From assembly GCF_009914755.1 (NCBI RefSeq), contig NC_060936.1: 64,000 nt of DNA, one strand, 5' to 3'. Every line of letters begins with the position of its first letter. The stretch's first letter is position 1. Of this stretch, positions 27,185 to 42,344 are shown one piece after another. The stretch comes from the human T2T-CHM13v2.0 reference genome, Homo sapiens. Under the pieces are notes generated by a model. It had not been told where the DNA came from, made no database searches, and saw nothing but the letters and a program-made list of their open reading frames with translations. A program made the position numbers and the translations under genes.

Positions 27185-28984
27185 TTAAAATTGTAACTAT
27201 GCTAATGTTAATGAACTGCCATGAGAGGGACTGTATAAAACATAATATGTACACTCCAGACTCCTGCTCTAGCATAGAGTTGTCCACTACAGCACATTTT
27301 CTCTTGAGTTCAACAAGCCAGTAAATCATGCTCAATGTAATGATTCCATTTTCCTACCACTTTCCTCTATTCAAATCGCTGGGAACCTTTGCTTGCTTGT
27401 GCAACAAAGCATGATGTCATTTGGCTTGCTATTAACCTGCTCAGAAGCAGAAATGCAAACGAGGACACCAAAACCACGTGACACTACTCAGCTATAAGAT
27501 AGTTATTCTGATGATTCACAGCATGCTTATCTTAATTGTTTTAGATTAAAAACAACAACAATAAAAATGCACAAAATTAAAAAACAATTATCTTTGGACT
27601 TCTGTACTCCTGAGAAGACAAACATGGAAACAAACATAGGTTCTCTTAGATATTAGTAGACGTGCTGTAAACAAAACAAAATTTAAAAACTTCCATTGTT
27701 GAATATGTCCAGGAAACCCATTACCATATTAAAGGCTTTGAGAAATTCCAGTTAACTTTGTTTTGCTCAGTTCAAACTAGAATGTATTTTGGCGAATGCC
27801 AATGTAAACAACAATACACTAGGTACTAGAATCAATACATCTAGAGAGAACCACATAACTTCAGAGACAAATCATCTCAAAATGTTGACTGGCAAATTGC
27901 TTTCAGCTCAGATTTTCTAAAATTTGTTTTTCTTTTTTTCCACAGCTCAGTCTTCAAAGGTCTACAGAAATCGGATGTCTGTTTGTACGATATTAAGCAC
28001 ACATAGTAATATCTGTATTCAATTTAACTCTCATCTTAAAAAGAGGAATTGTATTTTTAGTTTGAATATGCACAATGCCTAGTGCATTGTCTTACATGTC
28101 ATAAACACTCACCAAATGTTTAATATTTGACTGATGATGCAATTTATCCAAGCCCTAATTGTAATTCACAGGCATGATTTTTGTTCATAATAACCACGTC
28201 CTTGGAGACTGAAGCAAATGGACACAAATGATAAAGCCAGAGTACTGTTGGGAACCTCTAGCCTTGTTGTTGTTGAATAAATATTCATGGTATATGCATG
28301 AATAAAATATATGGTAGGACATTTTTATTTATGAATACAATAAACAAGATTGAAAAGAACATGGGATATATTTTTAGCTGGTGCCTTTCCCTTTTTATGG
28401 GACTGGATGGTTTGATGCTTCATATTTTAAAAAGGTATTTTCACCTCCTTTGAGATTTTTATGAGTCCTTTTTAGTTGGGAAAAACTGCTGCCTCCTGTA
28501 GCACGAGGTCTGTAGAAGCTGCTTGTGGATTTTGGCCCTGGGGATGTAGGCGTTATTGTGTATTTCTATAATTTCTCAGGGATATGTAACTTGCCTATAA
28601 AAATATGCCTGTGGGTTGAATCTTGGCAGTTAACATTTCAGTAAGAGAATATATTTAGTAATATCTGAATGTCTAAAAGAGTAACACATAGGTAAGCTAT
28701 TTTAAAAAACTGGGTGACAAAAACATTGGTTGTTATTGCCACTTTTTGAATGTGTTTTGCTATAAGTAAATATCAGCTTTAAAATTTATTTTTTAAAAAA
28801 CATTTGAGAGGCAAGGATTTGGGTTAGCTCTGCATTGGCTCCCCTCGTCATGAAAAACAAAGAACTCAAATCCTTCATTTGGAAAACTGGTGACACTGAG
28901 CTAGACTTTCTGAGGATCTGACATCTTTGCATACTAGGTATTTCCGTTGCCTCTGTAGTGTTGACATAAGTCAATACATACTGA

Positions 28985-29256
<272 letters not shown>

Positions 29257-31107
29257 TTGGGCTCAAATTTTGATGGGTAGTAATGATCTGGAGATCTGGA
29301 GTTCTCATTATGATCTCTCTTTTTCATTAATTCAGTTAGTTTAAAAAGTATGTATAGAGAGTGTTTAGCATTCTTAGCCTTGTATTGAAAATATACAATG
29401 ACAACACCTAAGAATTGGAGGGCATTATCTTTGTCTAACAGGTGATTGTAACTTAGAAATGCAGATGAAACAAAAGTAATCAGCAGTGTAATGTAAGTCT
29501 TTTGCTCAGAGATACCATGATTAGTAGCTTACAGAACAGACACAAGTTAATTAGCCTACAAATTTAAAAAACCAAAATGAATGAATAATAAACAGATTTG
29601 GAAGGTAGATTAGTGGAGTGAAAACCTCATGCTTTGAATCTAAGTGCTACTATTGATTGTTACCTAGACTTTTTTAGCTTTAATGCCTTCATTTGCAAAA
29701 TAGGGATAATTATAGCTACCTTGCAGGGTTGTTGTAAAAATTAGATAAATACAATGTGTTCTATAAATGGGGACTATATGTAATGAATATTATTTTCATG
29801 ACTAAATCTCCATTGGAGCTTCACAGCCATTAAGTACTAGTAGTAATACCCAACAAGGGAAAATTTGGGTTGTTTAGAGTAGCTGGAAGGGTCTTGTCCT
29901 TGCGGAGGTGAGACCTGAGTGAGAGTAGATTACAGACAATTGATGCGAGCCAAAGGGAAGAGTAACTATTACCAGCCAAAGCTTGGCTTAGAAGAGGGCC
30001 TTTCTTTGACCTTACTTAGGAACTGAAGCCCCTAGATGCTAAAGCCACATGGCAGGATTATAAATCCAAAACCTGCATGTTCATACTCAATAGTGTGGCA
30101 TATTCTTATGCAAATTTTAAGTTGGATATAGTTATTATTACTGAAATTTATTTAGGTAAGAGGAGACCTATTGCAAGACTAAAGAAGGAAAATAATCAGA
30201 CTGTATCAAAACTCATCTGTTATTGGCCATATTTTCATATTTTGAAAAATACACTGGTTTATCTTCCAAGCACACAGAAAGTTGAGCATTAGACTTGGTG
30301 TTTTCACAGACATTATCTCATTCCACCCTGACAGCATAGTTGGAAAGTGTGCATTCTATCCTCATTGTAAGTATGAGGAACAAGGCTTAAAGAGCCCAGT
30401 AGGGCCAGCATCAGAGCCTGGGTTTTATTCGCCTGTAACTACACCATGTTACACAGCTCCTGTATATCACATATCACAGTGGTTTTCTGCTGCTATTCGT
30501 AAATTTCGTAGGTAACTGAGAGAGAGGGCATTGAGGGTGAGGGGATAGAAGTGTGGAGTGAGACAGGTGCTCTTGCGATGGAGATGGGGGTATATATGGC
30601 ACATAAACCATGGGATTGCAATGGGGACTGGGCAGGGAGGAGACCACAGACCATCAGGCAACCAAACTCTAAGATAATTGTCCAAGGACTATTAATTTAC
30701 CAACCTTGGGGCTCCCAGTGAGACCCCAGAAACGCTGAAACCCTATTTCCTGTTTTCTCTTTTACTTGCTAGATGTCCCAATTCTTTTTTAGCATAACTT
30801 GATGTGACACCAATGTCTTTGATACGTGTGTCTGAGAAAGCAGCTACTGAAAACCATCTTCTCCAGCAAGGCTTCCAGGACTGCAGGTAAGGGTGTCTGT
30901 CACTACTCCCAGCAGCCCCCAAGGGTGGACAGTAGTAACCTCCTGGGATTCACTCTCACCTGTCACTCTGTGCATCTACTCACCTTTCTTTTTATTCACA
31001 GTAAACCCTTTCCTTGAATTCAATGTTAACAACATTCTCTACACCCCCTTTATAGTCCAGTGTTATCTGGTTATCTGCCTCACTTTGGAAATCAGAACCT
31101 CCTAATT

Positions 31108-31511
<404 letters not shown>

Positions 31512-32567
31512 TCAGACCAGCCCTGTCATTGAAGCTTTGGGCTGTCTTCTGGACTATTTTCTGTCTTTTACTCTTGAGTTAGCAGTTTCACTCTTAGTAT
31601 GGTATAAGTCAAGTTTGCAATGACAGTGAGTTTCAGCACTCTGCCCAGGTGTGCAACTGTATTAAGGTGTCCATTGAACAATGCACAACGAAAGCTTTTA
31701 GATCACTGGCAGAAAATAAATAAATTGAATAAGTAAAAATTGAAAGCAGATTATAGAATTAGTTAAGCATAGTTTTTAAAGCACTATGTTTCTTTATTCC
31801 AAAAGGAATACATGTCTATTGCACAAACTTTGGAAAATGTAAGAATTTGACATGATTGTTAACAGAGCAGAGGCATTTATCTCTTAGCTGGCTTGGGGTC
31901 CATTCTCCTTTCCACATCATTTTCTCCTGTGAGAGAACAAATGTGACAAAGGGTATCAAGAAGTTTCTTTTCCTTCCCTCTTTTCAAGACTGCATCTTAC
32001 AGAGGTGTGTCAGATCTAGAATTCTACATAGAGGGGCTTAGAAGTCATGTCTTGTTACAAAGAGAGGATTAAAGCTGTGAGTTTGTAAAGCATGTGACAT
32101 AAGACCTGAAAAACATCAACTATTCGTTTTGAAGAAGGGCTCACAGAGAGATTTTGAAAGACAAAACCCTCCCAAGCTACACTCCTAGTGCCTCAGTTGC
32201 TACAGAGGGGTGTCCACAAGACTATTTAGTTACCTATTCCGTTAATAAGCATTTATTGAGCACCTTCTATGTGCAATGCCATAAGGTAAATCCTAGACAA
32301 AACAAGAAACAAAAATGAACAAACTGTGGTTCCCAGCTTTATGGAATTTTAAAATAACAAAAGATTTTGCTTGACATTTAGGTCATTTTCTACTAAAAAT
32401 AATACTGTGATGAAATCCCTGTGGTTGAATTCTTTTGCACATCTCTGAATATTTCCTTAGGATTTATTTTTAGAAGGAGATGTGCAAGGTGTCAGCTTGA
32501 TGATCTTAGAACTTGTAAAATAATCAGACAAATCAGAAGACATAGCCAGAATTTAATGGATTATTAA

Positions 32568-32958
<391 letters not shown>

Positions 32959-33390
32959 GCCATTTGAACATCTCAGAAGCCAAAGAAATATAAAATCCAA
33001 TCCACTCAAATGAGAAAGCTTCAAAAGTGAGTGTTACAGATCCCAATATGATTTGAAAATTAGGTAATAAGATGACTCACATCTAAGGACTTTTGTTTCA
33101 AATGATGAAATCTCTGTTTCAGGCTATAAATAGGGCTCAATACGCCAGTATGCCCTTTCAGTGTCATAAACACCGATCAAGTGTCGTCTCAGCCTGTATC
33201 ACCTGGCACCCACAAAGCTTCAGCAAGTCAATCCATAAATTACACAGGGAGGTAATCCTCCAAACTGTGAAGGATGACATCATCACTTCCTTGATGACTA
33301 AGCCTCTTCCAACTCTACGAAGATTTAGAAAGTTTTTCATGGTATTAACATATTTTGTGTTAGGAAATCTATGTATGCTTAGTATTTTTG

Positions 33391-33630
<240 letters not shown>

Positions 33631-36111
33631 TAGCCTATTACAGTTAACAGATCAGTTCTTAGTTTCTATTTTAAACATGTATGTTATACGTAATGGATTT
33701 AGACTTTTGATTTAAGTTGAAATTTTATTGAGCTGATCTATGTATTAAAATAGTGAAAAGATCCTAAAGCTCATTGTATTTATAAGCTTATTAGAGTCAT
33801 GGTTTATTTGGTACCAGGAAAGTTTGTTTGTTAGAACAGACAATTACAGTGTTGAAAAGAAAATGAATGTTTAAATCTATAGAGTTTAAGGTATTCGAAG
33901 GAGCCCCTTTATCTTTAAATGAGATTAAACATAATTGATGGCCCCTAAATATAATTGTTATTAATTACTGGACTTTTGAATAATTCTTTGAATTTAACAC
34001 CTTAATGAAGAGCTACTGTTTAGAACTTGTCATTTTAATTTAAAAGTTCAAAATAATCATTTTTACACAGAAAATTCTCTTTCAAAGACGCCAAAAAAAA
34101 TACTCACTTAGAATTAATATAAATGCACAATTCTAGGCTTTTAGTACCTATTAGGCTGTCTATATTTGAAATTTTAAATTCTCTATCCCTGAGTAATCAC
34201 AAAGTTATCCTAACAACACATTTTAAATATTTCTTTCTAATCTCTCTGTCTCTGTCTCTCTCTCTCTCTTTTCTCTTCTTACTGAATTTTGAATAGTCTA
34301 GGTCTAGGGCACACACTCTGACCATGTTTATGAGCTGATTAGCATAATAAAATTATAGGCGAAAAAATAAATCACTTAAAGGTACATAGAAGAAAAATAG
34401 AAAGTTATATAATTTTCTTCAGTGAGGATATAAATGCATGCTTTGGATATCCAGAGATTCAAAAGAAATCCATTGGTTGGAAAGCTTTTATATTAGAGGA
34501 AAAAAGCTTTCATTACCAGAGGGGGAAAAAAGAATTGAGATGACTTTATGAAAGAACCACAAAACTAATTAAAGTTCTGTGAAAGAGGCCCCATAGGGAA
34601 AGGCTTAAAGATGTGGGATATTTAAACTGCAGAAAACTGAGGTGAAGTGTCTAGACAAAGTGGTTTGACTAAAGTTGGCTTTTAAATACTGGTTGAAGTT
34701 CTTCCAATAACTGGCCCCCTTATAAAGCAAATAAAGCTTATTTTAAAAATTCTTCAGCTGACCTATGAAGTGTAGAATTTAAGGATCTTTAAATATAGGA
34801 AGAGATATTCTATGAAGTATATACTAAACAGACATTTTCTTTCCTTTACAGATAGTGCAAAGGAAGAATGAGCTACAGCAAGAAAATTGTAGGTCGACAT
34901 TAGAAAAATTTGTAGATCTAAGATTGCATTATACAAATAATATACTGGATGATCCTTTTTGGAAGGAAAAAGAAACTAAAATGCATAGAAAGCATTCTTT
35001 CTTAGTAGATGAATGTAAAAGGTGATGAGAAAATCACAGGGTGAAGGCACAGGGAAGAGAAGGGAGGATAAGTAGCCACTGGGCTTGGTCAAATCCTAGA
35101 CAAAAGGTTAGAGAGGTCAAACTCAGCCATTTAATGCCCCTGCCCCTTCTCACATTCAGGTCCAGGAAACTAGCTTCTTGGGATTCTCACTTTCACAGTC
35201 GCTGCTCTGAACTCCACCAGTCTTACTCTAAGCCATCTAGCCAACTTCTCCCCATCACTCAGGGCTTTGTTTTTTCTAATTAGATAAAAATCGCTCATCA
35301 GGAAAAGTGGCATTTATCAAGGTGTTAATGGGTACCCCTCGGCTAATGTTATCTTTGTCCAAATATCACATTTGCTTTATAATCAGATTTCTTGAATATT
35401 TATAACTTTACTAAAAGGAATGACTTTAACAATAGAACTCTCTAGAACTTTTTTAGGTCAGGATGGGAGGGAGAAGAGTTTTGAGGGATCCAAACACTCC
35501 ATGTACATTGGTTCAACAGCTAATTATTAAGCACTTTCTGTTTCAGACACAGTTCTAAGCACATGCTATAACTTCATATAGTGAAAAGTACTACGAATAA
35601 AAGACAACAAGGTGATGAGATAGAGATGAATGGGTAGAGCTGGGATAGGTGGTGCTGGTGGCTACTTTTTCTAGATCGTGCAGTCTCGGAACTCCTTTCT
35701 GAGAAGGTGATGCTTGAGCTGAGAATCTGAGTAAGATGGAGCTTGTTAGGTTAAGCTTTGGAGGCAGAGAATATTCTAGGAAAATCTTTAACTGAGGTTG
35801 GATGGCCTTTGCATGCATTCAACCTGAGAACATCAGTAGCACTTATGGAATTAATATTGGTCTCTCATCTTCTCTAGAGGTTTCAGAAAACTCTAGGAAA
35901 TTCAGATCAAGCTTTGACATCCTCTATGATCTTTTTCTTCTTAGATTTCAATCTTCTAAGGCAATTAGAACAGATATACTCTGCTCATATAGGAGTCTAT
36001 TATTTATTCTTTTTTTATTAGTTCTTGAACATTTATTCAACAAATATTTATTAAACATCTACCACGCGCCAGATAATACAGCAGTGAACCAAACATAAAA
36101 ATCCATATCTA

Positions 36112-36240
36112 GGCTGGGTGCAGTGGTTCACACCTGTAACCCCAACATTTTGGGAGGTCAAGGCGGGAGGATTGCTTGACACCAGGGGTTTGAGACCACC
36201 CCGGCCAACACAGCGAGACCCCATTTCAAAAAAAAAAAAA
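36112..36240 (+). mobile_element. Alu monomer (FLAM-like)
   Basis: Left arm only plus A tail; TSD aaaaatcca(t/c)atc. Confidence 0.9.
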
Positions 36241-36294
36241 TCCACATCCATATGGAAATTTGCATTTTAGTGAGAGAGAAAAACAATAAAGAAA

Positions 36295-36468
36295 ATACTT
36301 TATTTCATCAAATGTAAGATGGACAATTTTTCACACTTCAAAATCTCTGAAATTGTAATCTGACTTAGTACCATCTTACATTTGTAATTGGCAGCTGTTT
36401 TTCTTTTCTTGTGATACAAAAATAATGTTGCATCTTATTATCAAAGACATCTAAGATTTCATCAAGTG
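36295..36468. mobile_element. Tc2/mariner-type remnant (MER104-like)
   Basis: tatttcatcaaatgtaagatg...aaaatctctgaaatt...aataatgttgcatctta resembles MER104. Confidence 0.5.
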
Positions 36469-36469
36469 T

Positions 36470-37150
36470 TTCTTACTGATAATAAGAAAAATAAGTAGAT
36501 GGTTAGATAGTGTTAAGTGCAAAAGAGAAAAATAAAGCAACTTTCACTGCCAAAATGAGTGAGAATAAATTAATTTTAAGAAAAGTAAAGCAAGAGGGGG
36601 AAGGGGATAGAAAGTGCTTGTGACTTGGAGGGGCGGGTGGGAAGGGAGTTATAATTTTAGATGGGAAGGCCTCATTGAGAAGGTGCCGTTTGTGCACGAC
36701 CTGAGGGTGGTGAAGGAGGAAGCCATGTGAATATCTAGGGGAAAGGTATCCCAAGAAGAGAACTGCAAGTGCAGAGGTCCTGAGGCAGGTGCTTGCCAAG
36801 TATGCTTAGAAAGCAGCAATGAAGGCCACGTGCCTGTGGTAGAGTGAGCAAAGAGGAGAGCAGTAGGAGATGAAGTCAGGGAGGTAAGGAAGTGCCGGAT
36901 CATGAAGAGCGTTAACAATTGATTTGTCATTGATGGAGAAGAAGCTGATTTGATGAGAAAATATCAAGGGCCCAACATAAGACACGTTTTAGAGATGTCT
37001 GGGAGTCAGTTTATCTGAGGCTGAAATTCAACAGAGGTCCAAGTTGGAGATGTACATCTAGGCTCTATATAGCCAAATTATGGACATGGTTGTGGTGTAC
37101 ATAAATAATTCTAAGGACAGAGCCCGAGGGAGGACTCCAGCATTTTATTG
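36470..37150. mobile_element. L2 remnant
   Basis: gggaaggcctcattgagaaggtg...gaactgcaagtgcagaggtcctgaggcagg...aggagagcagtaggagatgaagtcaggg is typical L2 3' text. Confidence 0.75.
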
Positions 37151-38494
37151 TGACCCACATAGGCCAACTTGGCCTCAAAGACAACTGACTTACCCATTCA
37201 CTAGCAACTGTATGCACAAGGCTAAATTCTAGATTCATCCAATTACTTTAAAAGGCCCCGTGGGAATATACTCAACAACACTGTGTGTTTATTACAGAGG
37301 ATGCTGTGACATGTGGTTATTCCTTGAGGAGCAGTGTTTTGTCTATTTCATCTGCTCTGGATATCTTCCAGTACTGGCATATCTTAGGACTGAGCACAGT
37401 TTTTCTCTGGATGGCTTCTATTCCATCTATTTTCCATTCCTTCAGAGGTTACAAATAAAGACACTGATTTCCTTACTCATAAAATGAGAGTTTAATGGCT
37501 ACGTCACAAGATAACTGTGATGACCATTTCAAAGGAAATAAAGAAAGCATTTAGTGCAGCATGTGGGGGCATAGTGTAACATCCATAAATGTTCATTTGC
37601 TTATTTCTTTTTCCAGATATGGTCTTGAAGACATCTTAAAAAATCCGTTGGACCAGAGTATAAAGGTGTGTTCCAGAAAATTAGCCAATGGCGCCTGCAG
37701 TTATAAAAGAAAGTATGTTCAAAGATTTTCAAGATTATCTTGGAATCATATGAAAAGATTTAAATGCAAAATCTCCTCCTTGGTAATGTATAAGGAACTC
37801 CTGTGCTGCTTTGCATCATTGCAACAGGTCTTATACATAGCCTCAGTTATATCAATAATATGATTAGCCATTTATGTTAATTTTGCAGATTGGTAATAAA
37901 AATCTAGGCGTTTTAATGGATGTCCTTGTACTTCTTTAACAACTGTTTTTAAAGGATTTAACGTGTACCCAGTAGTGTACTAGCTACTGGAAATCTGCTG
38001 GTGAGTAAGACACCATCTGTGCCCTCAAAAAGATAATGTATAGCGAGACTGAAGAATAGAGTGAAATATGGCAAATTTGTCGAGAGGACTAAGTTGAGCA
38101 CTACGTGAGAACGAGAGCACCACGAGTTTTCCTAAAATGTGCCATAACTTACTGGCAATTTAATTTTGGATGGGGGTCTAGATTCTGATGTTACAATTCC
38201 ACTCTGTGAGTGGCAGATGATTTCAAACATACCTTTGAAATCAAATACTTCATTCGTATCATTACAGTTTCCTTTCTCCTTTCTATAGTCAGAATTTTTC
38301 CTTTCTACAGTCGGAAGTGTGAATATGAATGCCTGATCCTAACCCAAGCATGGCCGGCTACAATAAGAACAGGTATTACAGTCATTTTGTCAGTCAAGCC
38401 TGAATCACAGTGTCAATGAGTAAATTATCTCTCAATAGATCTTTTTGTAAAGGTGTGAGAGTATACATGTTCTGCTTAAGAACACCAGCCAACT

Positions 38495-38789
<295 letters not shown>

Positions 38790-38830
38790 TAGAACACCAG
38801 CCTTATTTTCCTCCAGGGAAATCAAATGAA

Positions 38831-40957
38831 TGTATTAGTCCGTTTTCAGGCTGCTGATAAAGACATTTGGGTAAAGATACCCAAGACTGGGCAATTTACA
38901 AAAGAAAGAGGTTTAATTGGACTTACAGTTCCATGTGGATTGTGAGGGAAGCCTCACAATCATGGTGAAGGCAAGGAGGAACAAGTCACTTATTACATGA
39001 ATAGCAGCAATCAAAGAGAGCTTGTGCAGAAAAACTACCCCTTATCATAACCATCAGATCTCATGGGACCTACTCACTATCACGAGAATAGCATGGGAAA
39101 GACCTGTCCCCATGATTCAATTACCTCCCACCGGGTCCCCCCCACAACACAAGGGAATTCAAGAAGAGATTTGGGTGGGGACACAGCCAAACCATATCAT
39201 TCACCCCTGGCCCCTTCCAAATCTCATGTCCTCATATTTCGAAGCCAATCATGCCTTCCCAACAGTCCCCCAAAGTCTTATTTCATTTCAGCATTAAATA
39301 AAAAGTCCACAGTCCAAAGTCATATCCCAGACAAGGCAAGTCCCTTCCACCTATGAGCCTGTAAAATCAAAAGCAAGTTAGTTACTTCCTAGATACAATA
39401 GGGGTACAGGCGTTGGATAAATACAGTCATTCCAAATGGGAGACATTGGCCAAAACAAAGGGGCTACAGGCCCCATGCAAGTCTGAAATCCAGCAGGGCA
39501 GTCAAATCTTAAAGCTCTAAAATGATCCCTTTTGACTCCATATCTCACATCCAGGACACACTGATGCAAGAGGTGGGTTCTCACGGTCTTGGACAGCTCT
39601 GCCCCTGTGGCTTTGCAGGGTATAGCCCCTTTCCAGGCTGCTTTCACAGGCTGGAGTTAAGTGTCTGCAGCTTTTCCAGGCACACGGTGCAATCTATCAG
39701 TGGATCTACCATTCTGGGGTCTGGAGGACAGTGGCCCTCTTCTCACAGCTCCACTAGGCAGTGCCCCAGCAGGAACTCTATGTGGGGCCTCTGACCCCAC
39801 ATTTCCCTTCTGCACTGCTCTAGCAGAAGTTCTCCATGAGGGCCCCCCACACAAAGGCCCCCCCAAACGCCCCACAGCAAACTTTTGCCTGGGCATCCAG
39901 GTGTTTCCATACATCTTCTGAAATCTAGATGGGAGGTTCTCAAACCTCAATTCTTGACTTCTGTGCACCTGCAAGCTCAACACCACATGGAAGCTGCCAA
40001 GGCTTGGGGTTTCCACCCTCTGAAGCAACAGCCAAGCTGTACCTTGTCCTCTTTTAGTCATGGCTGAAGTGGCTAGGATGCAGGGCACCAAGTCCCTAGA
40101 CTGCACACAGTAGAGGGACCCTGGGCCTAGCCCACAAAACCATTTTCTCCTAGACCTCCGGGCCTGTGATGGGAGAGGCTGCTGTAAAGACCTCTGACAT
40201 GCCCTGGAAACATTTTCCCCATTATCTTGGGGATTAACATTCGACTCCCTGTTACTTATGCAAATTTTTGCAGCCAGCTTGAATTTCTCCTCATAAAATG
40301 GGTTTTTCTTTTCTATCACGTGGTCAGGCTGCAAATTTTCTGAACTTTTATGCTCTGCTTCCCTTATAAAACAGAATGCCTTTAACAGCACCCAAGTCAC
40401 CTCTTGAATGTTTTGCTGCTTAGACATTTCTTCTGCCAGATACCCCAAATCATCTCTTTCAAATTCAAAGTTCCACAAATCTCTAGGGCAGGGAGAAAAT
40501 GCCACCAGTCTCTTTGCTAAAACAGAACAAGAGTCACCTTTGCTCCAGTTCCCAACAAGTTTCTCATCTACATCTGAGACCACCTCAGCCTGGACTTTAT
40601 TGTTTATATCACTATCAGCATTTCTGTCAAAGCCATTCAACAAGTTTCTAGGAAGTTCCAAACTTTCTCACACTTTCTTGTCTTCTTCTGAGCCCTCCAA
40701 ACTGTTCCAACCTCTGCCTGTTACCCAGTTCCAAAGTTGCTTCCACATTTTCGGGTATCTATTCAGCAACACCCCACTCTACTGGTACCAATTTACTGTA
40801 TTAGTCGGTTTTCATGCTGCTGAAGACCTACTCACTATCATGAGAACAGCACGGGAGAGACCTGCCCCCATGATTCAATTACCTCCCACCAGGTCCCTCC
40901 CACAACATGTGGGAATTCAAGATGAGATATGGCTGGGGACACAGCCAAATCATATCA
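38831..40957 (-). mobile_element. THE1 (MaLR) provirus: 3' LTR 38831-39199, internal 39200-40796, internally deleted 5' LTR 40797-40957
   Basis: Both LTRs read tgtattagtc...catatca on +; minus-strand PBS-like tggtaccag next to the 5' LTR and purine tract aggggccaggggtga next to the 3' LTR; ~1.6-kb internal region. Confidence 0.95.
39657..40661 (-). pseudogene. THE1/MaLR internal ORF remnant (334 codons open)
   Basis: ELPRNLLNGFD...GNWSKGDSC..LAKRLVAFSPCPRDLWNFE.ERDDLGYLAEE.SKQQ matches my recollection of the MaLR internal (gag-related) ORF. Confidence 0.75.
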
Positions 40958-41039
40958 ATGGGGTAAAAGCATTTTTATTTTCTTCCTGGAGTATTTATAT
41001 TCAATGGCTCCTGGAAGCAAAATCTCCAACCAGACATAG

Positions 41040-41877
41040 TGAGAGGTGAAGCCAGCTGGACTTCCTGGGTCAAGTGGGGACTTGGAGAACTTTTCTGTCT
41101 AGCTAGAGGATTGTAAACACACCAATCAGCACTCTGTAAAAACACACCAATCAGCGCTCTGTGTCTAGCTAGAGGATTGTAAACGCACCAATCAGCACTC
41201 TGTAAAAACACACCAATCAGCACTCTGTGTCTAGTTAAAGGATTGTAAACACACCAATCAACACTCTGTAAAAATGCACCAATCAGTGCTCTGTGTCTAG
41301 CTAACATATTGTAAACGCACCAATCAGCACCCTGTAAAATGGACCAATCAGCTCTCTGTAAAATGGACCAATCAGCTCTCTGTAAAATGGACCAATCAGC
41401 AGGATGTGGGTGGGGCCAAATAAGGGAATAAAAGCTGGCCACCCGAGCCAGCAGCAGCAACCTGCTTGGGTCCTTTTCCATGCCCTTTGTTGGAGCTTTG
41501 TTCTTTTGCTCTTCACGATAAATCTTGCTGCTTCTCACTCTTTGGGTGTGTACTAACTTTAGGAGCTGTAACACTCACCATGAAGGTCTGCAGCTTCATT
41601 CCTGAAGTCAGCAAGACCACAAACCCACCGGGAGGAACAAAAACTCTGGACATGTCGCCTTTAAAAGCTGTAACACTCACTGTGAAGGTCTGCGGCTTCA
41701 CTCAAGTCAGGAAGACCACGAACCCACCAGAAGGAAGAAACTCTGGACACATCGGAAGGAACAAACTCCAGACACACCATCTTTAAGAACTGTAACAACT
41801 CACCACGAGGGTCTGAGGCTTCATTCTTGAAGTCAGCAAGACCAAGAACCCACCGGAAGGAACCAATTCCGGACACA
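41040..41877 (+). mobile_element. LTR12 (ERV9) solo LTR
   Basis: tgagaggtgaagccagctggacttcctgggtc start; tandem ccaatcagc units; U5 repeats gctgtaacactcac / aagaccacgaacccacc; ends ggacaca; 4-bp TSD atag/atgg. Confidence 0.95.
41120..41435 (+). promoter_or_regulatory. LTR12 CCAAT-box (NF-Y) array plus AATAAA TATA-like element
   Basis: About 10 accaatca units followed by gggaataaaagc. Confidence 0.75.
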
Positions 41878-42344
41878 ATGGTTCCTGTGTGTGATAACCT
41901 GTGAAACCATTTCACGGTGGTTAATTTTCTCTTAAGTTTCCAGGTAGATCACCAGCTTCCCTCAACATTTATTGAGTGTTTACATACCTGGGTTCTCGGA
42001 GGTGAGGAACTTGATAATGATCACCTTGTTGCCTCACTCCTCTCTTTCTGGACATTGTGAATTCTCTTTGATCCATTTTCAACCATAGACATCTCTGTGA
42101 TCTTTGTTCTTGGAGGTTTACCAACTGATGCTACATCTAAAGAAAACACGTAATTAAAATTCAGTTGGAACCACTTAGAAATGAGCAATACTTAGTTGGA
42201 AGCAATTGTCTTCAAAATTCCTTGGTTATTCATTAAGGAGTAACCTCAGAAAACATCCCAGAAAAGGCTGACAGTTTACAGTTTGGAAGACATTAATTAA
42301 TTTAATAAGGTTGAATTAGGGGCAAAATTTGCAGAAGGATACTC

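Noticed and set aside
38826-40962. TSD for the THE1 element (atgaa / atggg)
   Set aside because: Only 3 of 5 bases match; not used as evidence
40408-41049. 213-aa plus-strand ORF
   Set aside because: Antisense THE1 internal and LTR sequence; no independent coding evidence
41080-41400. Regular repeat array superficially resembling CRISPR, and a 199-aa ORF with ADWS/ADWC repeats
   Set aside because: These are LTR12 U3 tandem CCAAT repeats with no unique spacers and no cas genes, in eukaryotic DNA
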